Source: a virus
Lineage: Duplodnaviria; Caudoviricetes
Reading direction: 5' to 3' (one strand)
DNA length: 62,227 nucleotides
IMG/VR virus record: IMGVR_UViG_3300011115_000168
Coordinates: 1-62,227 of that record
The position numbers and the translations under genes were made by a program. The notes beneath the pieces are model-generated. The model saw nothing but the letters and a program-made list of their open reading frames with translations. It was not told the origin of the DNA and did no database searches. Each line of letters opens with the position of its first letter. Position 1 is the first letter of the stretch. This document shows positions 42,419-51,591 of this stretch, one piece after another.

Positions 42419-45245
42419 AGATATCCAGTTCGGTTTTGAACCAGTACAGGTACGCTGGGTCTACTTGGATAGCTGACTTCCAGCCAGTGGTTAACCGGCC
42501 CTTCTTATCGTCTATCAAGACCTTGTTGTTCCGCATCTCAAACTCAAACTCGCGTGTACTGATATTCTTCTCGTTAAGAAACTTCTTGAACTCGGACTTT
42601 GATATTTGCAGCAGGTGATCATCACTGCAAATCCTAGCTACGATCTGCCCACGGGGTTCCATTGTCACCTTGTTATCCTTGATGACCAGTATGTTGCCCA
42701 TGTTCTTATTTACAAAGTCGCCCAGCAGTGAAGGGTAGTCAGTACGGTTGACCTTGACCACTTTGTCCTTGATCTCAATCATGGCGCGGACAGTCCCGTT
42801 ATAGATGCTGTCAAGGGCAAAGTCTGTGACCCCAGCTAAGTTAGCAATCTCGGCTCCTGCTAGGTTTGCCGACACCAAGTTCTCATAGAACCGGTACTCA
42901 ACGTGGTTGCCAAAGTCACTCTTGAACCGGTCTTCCCATTTCGCTACGGTGTCGAGCACAAAGTTATCTCCACGGCGCAGCACCTCTTGGACAAACATCG
43001 GCCCCGCATGCCCGTAGTTGAAGTTGAAAGCATCGAAGATATGTTTGCCCAATCGGGGTTCCTTATCCAATAGCGATGGCCTATGAATGTGAAACTCAAT
43101 CAATCGCGCTGCCTCTCCATCAGGGTTGGCTTTGAGTCCCTCCAACTTGCCGTAGATGGTGTGGTTGGTAGTGAACGTGGCAATCATGGATGCGGACATC
43201 TCGTATTCCCGCTCAGCGTTGACGGACGCTTGCATCTTGACCTTGGCTTTGCCGTGTGACACGTTGTGGATAAGGCCACCCAACTCCTCAGCCTTCTTAT
43301 CACCGATCTCATCAAGACCAAACATCAAGTTGTGCAAGGCAAGGTAGCGGCCTGTTAAACCGTTGTCAGTGGACTTCACAATGCTCAAGTTCTTGGGGTT
43401 GCCAAAGACGCTCAAACCCGCATACATAGCGCCGGTCTTGGCGTTGCCCGACTTCCCAAAAAGGCTCACAGAGACGCCTGAAGTTGACGTATAACACATC
43501 AATGGAGAACCAAACCCGCACATCGCTGTAAAGGCGTGCAATTCAAACTCAGGCTTGTTCAAGTAGTCGATTGACTCACGCCAACGGGCGAACGTACCGT
43601 GGGTTGTTATGTGCTTTGATAGGCCACGGACAAACGGTGATGATGGCGCGTTCACTACCTCACCGGTAAGGGTGATTTCTTTCCTGCCAATCACGAAGCT
43701 ACGCTTGGCCCACTCAGGGGCATCTGTCCGTTCAGCAGTCCAGCCCATCTGCATACGCATCTGATCAGCCTTAGCTACTGTCTGCATGTACTGACCCCAC
43801 TTCACTACATAGTTCATAAGATGCTCCGTGTTATGGCTTGAAGGGAATACCCCGTTAGAGGCCATGAGCGCTTTGAATGTCTCTTTTGCATACACCTGCT
43901 TCATTGGTACGAGAAAGTCCCGTATGTCGTCTTTAGGAAGAACCAACCGCATCAGTAAGCATTCGCCATCGTGTGGGCTGAACATCCGCTGAATAGGGTA
44001 TAGGTCATGGGGGAGGATGAGGATAGGATCGTCTTGGTGCTTAGTGCCTTTTTTGTCTATCTTGGGTGCAGGGACGAAGTAGATACCGCCGTTGATGCCC
44101 TGCACAAAGGGCATTAGGAAGTCTGGAAATTCTGAAACCTCTTTGGTATCCGGTTCTTCCCGAACTGATTCCTCTTTATCAGCTTTTGTTGCTGGCTTGA
44201 ACTCGCGCCCGAGGACGATGGGGCTAACAATCTTTCCCCGGTGTTGACAGCCATCGCATCGTTCGGGGTAGTTCTCAATGAACCATGAGCAGGTGCGCGG
44301 AGCAGGAAAGCGACTTGCCTTGTCTTCTGTTTTATCATAGTTGTAGTCAGGGTGTTCGTTAGATATGTCGTGGATTGCTGTAGCCCCGTCATCGCAGAAC
44401 TTGGCTATGGATAGCCCTGCAAACCACATTGGCTCTTCAAGCGTTGCGGCGTTCTCCAGCATGTGCTTGACTTGGTTGCAGCCACCTTCGTCATCCACGC
44501 TCTTCTGCGCCAGCGCTGCAAACGTCTTGCTAAAGTTGTCCAGCTTGAGCATGGCCTTGGTGTCATCGTCCAGCCCCTTGGGAATCTCGGCAAGGATGTC
44601 TGCTACGGCTACGGGCAGTGCCTCTTCAGCCTGTGCCCCTTCTGCTGCTGGGCCACCTAGGAACTCACGGAACTCCTGCCAGCCATAGACATGAATCGTG
44701 TCGCTGATAACCGACGTAGGGCGCGGCGGGTCTGTCTTGAAGTTGAACGTGTCAGGCGAACGCATGATGCGGGCAGCATCGGCAGTCACCACGGGGTCGA
44801 TAGTGATGTGGGACATGCACAGCGCCTTGAACTTCTCAGCGTATGTCTTCCACTCTTCAGTGGGTATGTCTTCGTCCATCAGCCAGTAAGCATGGATGCC
44901 ACCGCCTGAGTCAACCACCACTGGGTCGGGTAGACCAGCAGCGCCTTGTAGCTTGAATAGCGCAGTGTGCGCGTCAGCCTTGTCCTTGTAATCCTTCTTC
45001 TCACCAACGTCTAGGTCAATAAAGAATGACCGCACATACATGCAATCAATCGCCTTGCGGCTGTAGCCCTCAAAGGAGCCTAATGCTACGAATACGTTCT
45101 GTGTCTTTTTTAGTCTCTCAATCGTGCTCAATACATCATCGAGTGTTTCTGCAAATCTGTTGCTGACCTTGCCGGTTTTGTCTATGCCACTGATACAGTA
45201 AACACCCTGCGTGGGTAATGCTTTCTCGTAGAATTGTTTTAACAT
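42399..45245 (-). CDS. Primase (AEP/RepB-like)-DUF927 helicase fusion
   Basis: FFIDLD and DSGGGIHAYW primase motifs, Cys cluster, Walker-like GKSGNAKT and LDE. Confidence 0.8.
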   Translation of the reverse strand: MLKQFYEKALPTQGVYCISGIDKTGKVSNRFAETLDDVLSTIERLKKTQNVFVALGSFEGYSRKAIDCMYVRSFFIDLDVGEKKDYKDKADAHTALFKLQGAAGLPDPVVVDSGGGIHAYWLMDEDIPTEEWKTYAEKFKALCMSHITIDPVVTADAARIMRSPDTFNFKTDPPRPTSVISDTIHVYGWQEFREFLGGPAAEGAQAEEALPVAVADILAEIPKGLDDDTKAMLKLDNFSKTFAALAQKSVDDEGGCNQVKHMLENAATLEEPMWFAGLSIAKFCDDGATAIHDISNEHPDYNYDKTEDKASRFPAPRTCSWFIENYPERCDGCQHRGKIVSPIVLGREFKPATKADKEESVREEPDTKEVSEFPDFLMPFVQGINGGIYFVPAPKIDKKGTKHQDDPILILPHDLYPIQRMFSPHDGECLLMRLVLPKDDIRDFLVPMKQVYAKETFKALMASNGVFPSSHNTEHLMNYVVKWGQYMQTVAKADQMRMQMGWTAERTDAPEWAKRSFVIGRKEITLTGEVVNAPSSPFVRGLSKHITTHGTFARWRESIDYLNKPEFELHAFTAMCGFGSPLMCYTSTSGVSVSLFGKSGNAKTGAMYAGLSVFGNPKNLSIVKSTDNGLTGRYLALHNLMFGLDEIGDKKAEELGGLIHNVSHGKAKVKMQASVNAEREYEMSASMIATFTTNHTIYGKLEGLKANPDGEAARLIEFHIHRPSLLDKEPRLGKHIFDAFNFNYGHAGPMFVQEVLRRGDNFVLDTVAKWEDRFKSDFGNHVEYRFYENLVSANLAGAEIANLAGVTDFALDSIYNGTVRAMIEIKDKVVKVNRTDYPSLLGDFVNKNMGNILVIKDNKVTMEPRGQIVARICSDDHLLQISKSEFKKFLNEKNISTREFEFEMRNNKVLIDDKKGRLTTGWKSAIQVDPAYLYWFKTELDIFDDSGT

Positions 45246-45295
45246 GTCTCGCAGAGTTAAGAAGAGCGGAACTATGCCCGCTCTGTTAATAAGGT

Positions 45296-45364
45296 GGAGG
45301 TACTCGCTGCACTAGCAACATAGGCTTTCGTACTCGTCGCCATCCAGCATCCGCTTTCCCCCCA
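45296..45364 (-). ncRNA. Candidate structured intergenic RNA (hairpin with GAA/AGUA loop-E-like internal loop)
   Basis: GGGGGGAAAGCGGAUGC...GCAGCGAGUACCUCC with inner UGGCGAC/GUUGCUA stem. Confidence 0.4.
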
Positions 45365-45368
45365 AAAA

Positions 45369-45692
45369 CTATCTCACATTAGGGTATATCCTTCCTACCA
45401 TTGCTTCAAGATATTCCAGTGCCGCCTTGTTGGACTTAGCGGGTAGCAAGCCTTTGGCAGTGTCACTCTCAACAAGGTCTGTAAAGGTCTCGACCTTCAG
45501 TAGATTACGGTGTCGGATAGGTTTGCCACGGAACCAGCTAAACGCAGTCATCCTCGTCACATCAAGTGCCCACGCCACGTACTTAGCGGGTAGGTTAGCT
45601 TTGACGCATGCTAGCGCCAGCGCAGTGCCAGCCCTGTTGGGGTTGGCCTTGTGCAACTCAATTAAAAACGCTTCGCTGTATGACCGTGACAT
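45369..45692 (-). CDS. Putative HTH DNA-binding protein
   Basis: LPAKYVAWALDVTRMTAFSWFRG resembles an XRE-type HTH. Confidence 0.55.
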   Translation of the reverse strand: MSRSYSEAFLIELHKANPNRAGTALALACVKANLPAKYVAWALDVTRMTAFSWFRGKPIRHRNLLKVETFTDLVESDTAKGLLPAKSNKAALEYLEAMVGRIYPNVR

Positions 45693-45701
45693 TCCTATTC
45701 C

Positions 45702-46562
45702 TTACTTCTTAGACCATTTTTTAACCACATCCGAGATGTCCTTCTCAGCAGCGGCGGGCTTTGTGGACTCGCGTTTGACTGGCTCTTCAACTTCGGGCTG
45801 TGGCTCGGGGGCGATGTCGTTACGATGGCTCGGCACTTCATCGGCTACATCTGCTTGGAAGACGTTCATCTTGATAGCAGACTCGGCGGCGGGGCTCTTT
45901 GCTTGCTGGGCGATGATGGGCAAGTCTTCATCAGGCACTTTGCCAGCGGGGGTGAACACAACCTTCGGCGCGGTGGCCTTGGTATCAAACGCCATGCGAG
46001 TGATGACCCGTCCTGCGCTGACGTTGTGCGACGCCAAGTGCTGGATGTAAGACCGGAAGGGAAATCGTCCGTTATCTTCTTTGCCGAAGGCCGACGTAGC
46101 GGGCAGCACCAGCTGCATCACATCACCAGCAGGGTCGTTAGGCAGAACCACCGCAGTACGCCAAGACAGGCGGCATGCAGTACCCGTACCGTTCTGACCG
46201 GAACCTTTAACCGCTTTGGGGCAGTCAAGGCAAGCGGAGGCCAAGGGGTTCTTCACATCCGCATCGGGCTTCTCAGAGTCGGTAGACCAGCAAGCAGGGC
46301 TCACCTTCTGACCTTCTTGGAAAACGCCCTCGTAAAACATACGCGAGGCCTTGTGTGCCATCTTCACAAAGATGACGTTCATGTGGCGGTCTTCGATAGC
46401 GCCAATCTCTTTCCCGCCAGCGTACTTACGGAACACACCACCTTTGATGGAGATGCGTTTGCTCTGCCGCATACCACCCGCTACTGCAAGGGTATCTTCG
46501 TCGAGGCCTTCGATGGGAGCCATCACTGCGCCGCTGAACAGGGTTGCGAGGTCATTACTCAT
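45702..46562 (-). CDS. Putative ssDNA-binding/annealing protein
   Basis: RISIKGGVFR, conserved-looking Cys residues, acidic flexible C-terminal region; replication module. Confidence 0.5.
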   Translation of the reverse strand: MSNDLATLFSGAVMAPIEGLDEDTLAVAGGMRQSKRISIKGGVFRKYAGGKEIGAIEDRHMNVIFVKMAHKASRMFYEGVFQEGQKVSPACWSTDSEKPDADVKNPLASACLDCPKAVKGSGQNGTGTACRLSWRTAVVLPNDPAGDVMQLVLPATSAFGKEDNGRFPFRSYIQHLASHNVSAGRVITRMAFDTKATAPKVVFTPAGKVPDEDLPIIAQQAKSPAAESAIKMNVFQADVADEVPSHRNDIAPEPQPEVEEPVKRESTKPAAAEKDISDVVKKWSKK

Positions 46563-46588
46563 TTCAATTTTCCTTGTTACTAAATTTA

Positions 46589-47011
46589 CTAGTTGGAGGG
46601 TTTGCGCACGACAATCGTGAACTCCCTCATTACATTCACTCCGGGAGGTAGCCCATCGGCTTGGTTCTCCTTGAGGAACTCCTTGAAGTTGCCCTGATGA
46701 ATCCGTGCTTCAAACAGGTCAACTGCGCCATTCGACAGGATGAATTTACGGAAGCTGTCTCCGTCATTTACGGTGTAACGCTCGTTCAACTTCCGAATAA
46801 CTGTGCCGTAACTCGTCCGTATGCTCTTCGCGTTACTCTCGTTGCATGTGGACATAAAGGTCTGTTCAAGGAGGCCCAACTCATCATCAAGCTCCTTCAT
46901 TTGGCTCTTCATCTCCGCTTCCATCCTGTCTCGCTCATTACGTATTGTCAAGTATACCTTGACCAATTCATCCAACTTTGTAGTTGCGATTTCATCTTTT
47001 TCTTCAATCAC
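46589..47011 (-). CDS. Replication-module hypothetical protein
   Basis: Coiled coil plus SIRT.YGT...LPPGVN. Confidence 0.7.
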   Translation of the reverse strand: MIEEKDEIATTKLDELVKVYLTIRNERDRMEAEMKSQMKELDDELGLLEQTFMSTCNESNAKSIRTSYGTVIRKLNERYTVNDGDSFRKFILSNGAVDLFEARIHQGNFKEFLKENQADGLPPGVNVMREFTIVVRKPSN

Positions 47012-48564
47012 AGTCCTATCTCCTGTCTATATAAATCGACTAGTGCCTCATGGGAGTTCACCTTACCTTGCAGCATCTGATAGACCTTGCGTTCAGCTTC
47101 TGAGCCTTGCAGGTGAACCACAGTCATGCTGTTCACTTGCCCCACTCGGTCTATCCGCGCAACGCATTGCAGGTAGGTCTCGACGCTCATAACGGGAGAC
47201 CAAAAGACAACGGTGTCTGCGGCAGTAAGGGTGACGCCATGCGAGGCAGCTTGTGGTTGTATAACCAAGACCCGTGGGTCTGTCGCGGTCTGAAATCGAT
47301 TGATGATGTCAGCGCGTGTTCTTGCGGGAACGTCTCCGTTAATTACTTCATTAGTGACTCCTTCTTTAGTTAGATGGCGTGAAACAAGATCGATCGTGTG
47401 CCGAAACGGGACAAAAATAATCACCTTTTGCTCAGTTTCTTCTAGCACTTCCATCAAAGCATTGAGGCGCGGGGCTATGTCGAACTCCACCACCTCATGC
47501 GTATCGGTGTAGATTGCTCCACCCGAAATCTGTAGCAGCTTGCTCAACTGAGCCGCCGCATTGACTGCGCTGATCTGCTCTCCCGCAGCCTCAATCAGCA
47601 TCTGACTCTTTAGCTGCTGGTAGTACTTCAAGACCATCGGGGACAGCGGCACTTCGCGTGTCTGATACACCAGCGGTGGCAAGTCCAAGCACTGCGCTTT
47701 CTCAAACCGGATGGCGGGCTGCAAGCAGTCGAACACTAGCTGCTTGGCGTAGGACTTGGGTATCCACTTGAAGCGCGTAATCTGCTGCATCACCTTGTCG
47801 CGCCATGCTGTGAAGTACTTGGGTACGCCGTTGGGGTTGACTAGCTTAGCAAGGCCGAACGCATCCAGTGGAGACTGTGAGGCAGGTGTGCCTGTCATCA
47901 TCCATAGTCGTGTCGAGGGGGTGATTAGCTTCGCCAAGGTACGCCAGCGCTTAGTAGTCACCGTTTTATATGCGTTGGCCTCGTCAATCACAATCAGGTC
48001 AAACCCTGCCTTGGCTATCTCAGGGGAGACTGTGTTCACCCCGTCGTAGTTGATGATGACGAACTCGTAGCTGCCCTTGACTATCTTGGCTCGTTTTGCT
48101 GCATCGCCATAAGCCACGCCCACAGTGCGGTGCATCGCTGTTTTAAATATATCTGCTTGCCATGCGGAGTACATGATGGACAGTGGGCAGATGATGAGAA
48201 CGCGCTTCACTTGCCCTATCTGCATGAGGTAGTCAACGGCCCAAATGACTGAGGATGTCTTACCCGTGCCAGCTTCGTTGAAGCAGAAGCAACGGTCACG
48301 TAGCGCTAGGAATGATGCAGTAGTTTCTTGATGCTTGAACGGCGTATACAAGCCAGGCCATGTGTACTCTTTGCTCATCGGGTTGGGTGCATCCCCGTAG
48401 ATTTTGACCAAGCGTTGCATCTCGGTCAGCCCCCAGTAGACTAGGACTTCTGCATCTGTCCCGTCGTCCTTCAGCACTTCACACTTGTCTATGAATCCTA
48501 CGATGTGTTTCAAATCGGAGGACGGCACTTTGAGATGCACTGCCGTGTCTTCAACTACAACCAT
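47008..48564 (-). CDS. SNF2-family (SF2) helicase
   Basis: GTGKT, DEAN, MTGTP, HGVTLT, Q...RIDRVGQ. Confidence 0.9.
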   Translation of the reverse strand: MVVVEDTAVHLKVPSSDLKHIVGFIDKCEVLKDDGTDAEVLVYWGLTEMQRLVKIYGDAPNPMSKEYTWPGLYTPFKHQETTASFLALRDRCFCFNEAGTGKTSSVIWAVDYLMQIGQVKRVLIICPLSIMYSAWQADIFKTAMHRTVGVAYGDAAKRAKIVKGSYEFVIINYDGVNTVSPEIAKAGFDLIVIDEANAYKTVTTKRWRTLAKLITPSTRLWMMTGTPASQSPLDAFGLAKLVNPNGVPKYFTAWRDKVMQQITRFKWIPKSYAKQLVFDCLQPAIRFEKAQCLDLPPLVYQTREVPLSPMVLKYYQQLKSQMLIEAAGEQISAVNAAAQLSKLLQISGGAIYTDTHEVVEFDIAPRLNALMEVLEETEQKVIIFVPFRHTIDLVSRHLTKEGVTNEVINGDVPARTRADIINRFQTATDPRVLVIQPQAASHGVTLTAADTVVFWSPVMSVETYLQCVARIDRVGQVNSMTVVHLQGSEAERKVYQMLQGKVNSHEALVDLYRQEIGL

Positions 48565-48588
48565 ACTGTTCCTTACTAAATTTAATAT

Positions 48589-48708
48589 GGCCCCTTACGG
48601 GGGCTAGTCGGTCAGGTCAGTGCCGAAAGGAGCAAACACCTCTGACTGGTACGGTTATGGGGGGAAAGCCAAAATCCAAAAACCCCCTGAGCGCCCACTC
48701 GTACCTTA
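48589..48708 (-). ncRNA. Candidate structured leader RNA upstream of the helicase
   Basis: GGUACG/CGUACC, GGGGG/CCCCC, GUCAG/CUGAC and GCCCC/GGGGC stems in series. Confidence 0.4.
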
Positions 48709-48717
48709 CGGCGATTC

Positions 48718-48972
48718 TTACTTCATTGACCCATCAGACTTGCGGGCAAACGAACGGTTCTTGTGTGGGCTCTCAAGCCGCACACCATCTTTATTGGAGC
48801 CACCTTTAGACAATGCTTTGACATGGGCTACATCTTTGCCAGTGCGGTCAACGCCCTTGGCATCAAGCTTCCTTCGCGCACGTTGGCGCTCCATGCGGTT
48901 AGGTAGTTCACCTCGGTCTTGCTGCTGCTCGTACTCTTTCTTGTACGGCCTTGCTTTATTAACGTATGGCAT
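48718..48972 (-). CDS. Small HNH-like protein
   Basis: KDVAH.KALSKGGSN...NRSF. Confidence 0.6.
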   Translation of the reverse strand: MPYVNKARPYKKEYEQQQDRGELPNRMERQRARRKLDAKGVDRTGKDVAHVKALSKGGSNKDGVRLESPHKNRSFARKSDGSMK

Positions 48973-49147
48973 CGCTGTTCTCCTGCATATGAATGGTCGC
49001 TACACTCGCGGCGCGGGTTTCGATGATGGCTAGTTTAAGCTGGTCTAGTGCTAATTCATAGTCCCTGTCCAGCAGATAGTCATGCGCCTTCTTCAGCGCC
49101 CGCTCAGCCATCATCATGGGGTGTGCATAGTCAATCAAAGTACTCAT
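48959..49147 (-). CDS. Hypothetical protein
   Basis: Coupled ORF. Confidence 0.65.
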   Translation of the reverse strand: MSTLIDYAHPMMMAERALKKAHDYLLDRDYELALDQLKLAIIETRAASVATIHMQENSDAIR

Positions 49148-49809
49148 CGTTTTTCCTTGTAGTAGTCACAGGTTTTAACAGGACACCATCCACAGAGAGG
49201 CGTCGGGTTGGGGTTCCATACGTCCGATGCGTATGAAGTATCCAGTTTAGCTAGTTGCTGGTGGAAATGAGTCCAGAGCGTATCGATATCTTCTCGCTTG
49301 TAAGACTCATCCATGAAGCTATCGTAAGCAATAAAAAGCAGCCCCGCCTTGATGGTCTGCACCTGAGGGAAGTGAGCAAAAGTCATTAGCGCCATCAGCT
49401 TCAACTGCAAGGGCTCGGCGTACTTGTTGTTGCCCGTCTTGTAGTCAATGATGTGCGCTGTGTCGCCGTTAAGAATCAGTAAGTCCACGATGCCCCGCAC
49501 CCAGTAGCCTTTGCCGTACTCACAGGCGTTACCATCTCTATCCAGTGCCATCCTGTACTCAGGTAGCTTCTCACCCTCGGTCTCTATCAACACATCCAAG
49601 ACAGGCTTGAAGCTAAGATAGTTCTTAGCCAGCGGTGTGCCATCCTTGACGTAGTTCTCCGCTGCCTTGTGCGCCTCATTGCCATACGTCATCGCTGCCG
49701 TTGGAGCCTTGAAGAAGCGCTTGAGCACCTTGATTTCTTGATACTGCTTGGGACAGTTCATGTAGTCCTTCAAGGAGGAGAACGACCATGTGTAGGTAGG
49801 GGTAGTCAT
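49144..49809 (-). CDS. PD-(D/E)xK exonuclease (Cas4/RecB-like)
   Basis: WSFSSL...CP, GIVDL...IIDYKTG, QL, C..CP...C. Confidence 0.85.
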   Translation of the reverse strand: MTTPTYTWSFSSLKDYMNCPKQYQEIKVLKRFFKAPTAAMTYGNEAHKAAENYVKDGTPLAKNYLSFKPVLDVLIETEGEKLPEYRMALDRDGNACEYGKGYWVRGIVDLLILNGDTAHIIDYKTGNNKYAEPLQLKLMALMTFAHFPQVQTIKAGLLFIAYDSFMDESYKREDIDTLWTHFHQQLAKLDTSYASDVWNPNPTPLCGWCPVKTCDYYKEKR

Positions 49810-50072
49810 TTTGTTCGTACTCGCTTTGTTTTGTCTTTTTTCAGTGGGGATGGGCAGTGCGGAGGGACATACGCCACACGCCACTTTGCAGCCACGTACT
49901 TGCCCTCAGTCCAACCTGCAATGTATGCGTCAGGCATTTTGTTTAGCACCCTATAGATATGGCGCTCTTCCGTTTCCAGTCGAGTGCTTATGTCTTGTGC
50001 TGTCAAGCCATCTATGCTTGCTCGTAGCAATTTGCGAATAAGCGGGGCTTTGTGTTCATACGGTTTTCTCAT
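49806..50072 (-). CDS. Small HTH-like protein
   Basis: GLTAQDISTRL...HIYRVL. Confidence 0.55.
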   Translation of the reverse strand: MRKPYEHKAPLIRKLLRASIDGLTAQDISTRLETEERHIYRVLNKMPDAYIAGWTEGKYVAAKWRVAYVPPHCPSPLKKDKTKRVRTK

Positions 50073-50224
50073 TCTTTCTCTTTCAAGATGATGCGCTCCA
50101 GTATCTTCATTGCTGTGCCTACGTCCTCTATCAAGTAATCGGGTATCCGGTTCGTTTGGCTGAACGCCCACGACTCCATCGCACTCAACAGCCTGACAAG
50201 TTTCAATGCTTCTTCTTTGCTCAT
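50069..50224 (-). CDS. Hypothetical protein
   Basis: AAGGAG RBS; coupled. Confidence 0.6.
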   Translation of the reverse strand: MSKEEALKLVRLLSAMESWAFSQTNRIPDYLIEDVGTAMKILERIILKEKE

Positions 50225-50496
50225 GTGTTCTTCTCCTTGATGAGAGCCTGTAGTGTTCTGCCGAATTGAATCTGAGCCCAAGGCATTGCCGCACCCCGAT
50301 GTCGCTTTACAAAGTCAAAGTAAACCTGCTCAATCTGCGAGTCGCTCAGGTCTACCCACGGCTTCTTGTAGTCCTGTATGTCATCGTCGTCTCCAACACG
50401 GGCTTTTGCCATTGCTTGCTTAGCCTTAAATCCACCGCCCCACGCACCTTGCTTGCGGGCTATCTCATCAAAGGCTTCATCCTCTGCATCTTTCAT
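50221..50496 (-). CDS. Hypothetical protein
   Basis: AAGGAGCAAGCATG start. Confidence 0.6.
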   Translation of the reverse strand: MKDAEDEAFDEIARKQGAWGGGFKAKQAMAKARVGDDDDIQDYKKPWVDLSDSQIEQVYFDFVKRHRGAAMPWAQIQFGRTLQALIKEKNT

Positions 50497-50669
50497 GCTT
50501 GCTCCTTCAGTTGTCGGTTTATCTCGTTGTAGGTAATGGCGTACTGCTGCGCCCACTCTCTAGGGTCTACCCCTGCCTTGCGACCAGCTTCGCTCACTTC
50601 AACAAGCGCACGCAAAAACGCTGTTCTTTCTTCTTCGGGCATTGCTTTAAATTGCTCTGCAAGAGTCAT
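50493..50669 (-). CDS. Hypothetical protein (not in ORF track)
   Basis: MTLAEQFKAMPEEERTAFLRAL...KEQA; coupled. Confidence 0.6.
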   Translation of the reverse strand: MTLAEQFKAMPEEERTAFLRALVEVSEAGRKAGVDPREWAQQYAITYNEINRQLKEQA

Positions 50670-50815
50670 GCTTGCTCCTTTATCTTGTCAAACACTGCAT
50701 CCAATGTGGGGTACACGGGATACCAATTGCTATGGTAGACATTCCACCATGCATTGTCTGCGCCTCTAAACAGCCACCATCCATTTTTAGTAGGTTGTAT
50801 CTTCCATGTAGTCAT
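50666..50815 (-). CDS. Small Trp-rich protein (not in ORF track)
   Basis: MTTWKIQPTKNGWWLFRG...KEQA; coupled. Confidence 0.55.
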   Translation of the reverse strand: MTTWKIQPTKNGWWLFRGADNAWWNVYHSNWYPVYPTLDAVFDKIKEQA

Positions 50816-50940
50816 ACTACTAACCCCCATACAACTGCGCCGATAGTGACCACAAACAGCACAAAGAAAAACAAAGCAATGGCGGTCTTCAAAAAGTCAA
50901 CAAAGAAGTCACCGCCCGCATCGGTATCGTCGTCGTTCAT
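50812..50940 (-). CDS. Small single-TM membrane protein (not in ORF track)
   Basis: MNDDDTDAGGDFFVDFLKTAIALFFFVLFVVTIGAVVWGLVV. Confidence 0.6.
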   Translation of the reverse strand: MNDDDTDAGGDFFVDFLKTAIALFFFVLFVVTIGAVVWGLVV

Positions 50941-51131
50941 GCTTTGCTCCTTGCTCTGATTGCGTCTGCAATGTTGTCAACAAAATCCTCATCATGCTCC
51001 CAGTTGTCAACCATCTTGGCGCACTCTTCACGCTCATGTGCCATTGCAAACTCTAGCTTCTCGTCTTCGCCCAAACTGTCCCACTGGTTCTGATGGTCTG
51101 CTTGGCTGTTCCACAGTTCTTTGATGTTCAT
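50937..51131 (-). CDS. Hypothetical protein
   Basis: GGAGG RBS; EREECAK...IADAIRAR. Confidence 0.6.
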   Translation of the reverse strand: MNIKELWNSQADHQNQWDSLGEDEKLEFAMAHEREECAKMVDNWEHDEDFVDNIADAIRARSKA

Positions 51132-51373
51132 TTCGCCTCCCTCGCGGCAAGCATTGCGTCTGCCATCATGTAGGATGTAACAGCAACTTCTTGTTTGACG
51201 TCCTTTCCCAAATGGCAATACATATCAATTAACTCTTTATCTGCTATGTAAGTTTGCATAGCCAACGCTGCGTAGTAATCACGCATGGTCATGTCACGGG
51301 CAAAGCCGCCTGTCTTCGCCATCCATGTGTCATCGCCTTTTGGCTGTGACATCAAGTGTGTTTGGTCTTTCAT
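51128..51373 (-). CDS. Hypothetical protein (MTxRDY.AA.AMQ...ADAML.AR type)
   Basis: Motif common in small phage ORFs. Confidence 0.65.
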   Translation of the reverse strand: MKDQTHLMSQPKGDDTWMAKTGGFARDMTMRDYYAALAMQTYIADKELIDMYCHLGKDVKQEVAVTSYMMADAMLAAREAK

Positions 51374-51588
51374 GCTTGCTCTCCTTGCAGTTCAGTTACT
51401 CGGCGCTTCAGTCGTTCGATTCGTTGGGTGTTGTATTCAACAATGCTGTAGGCGTAGTCCAATGCAGACTCAGCTTCCAGCTTCTCGCGCTGTGCTTTCA
51501 CCAACTCACACGCTGCCATCTCTAGGGGAGTGGGCGCAGCCAACAGTCTCTTCGTAAATTCAATCATAAGCTTCCTTTCGTTTGACAT
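51370..51588 (-). CDS. Hypothetical coiled-coil protein
   Basis: Coupled ORF. Confidence 0.65.
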   Translation of the reverse strand: MSNERKLMIEFTKRLLAAPTPLEMAACELVKAQREKLEAESALDYAYSIVEYNTQRIERLKRRVTELQGEQA

Positions 51589-51591
51589 ATA

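Noticed and set aside
45296-45364. Hammerhead ribozyme
   Set aside because: GAAA is present but there is no CUGANGA core in the required arrangement
49144-49809. Cas4-like nuclease as evidence of CRISPR-Cas
   Set aside because: Stand-alone PD-(D/E)xK nucleases are routine in phage replication modules
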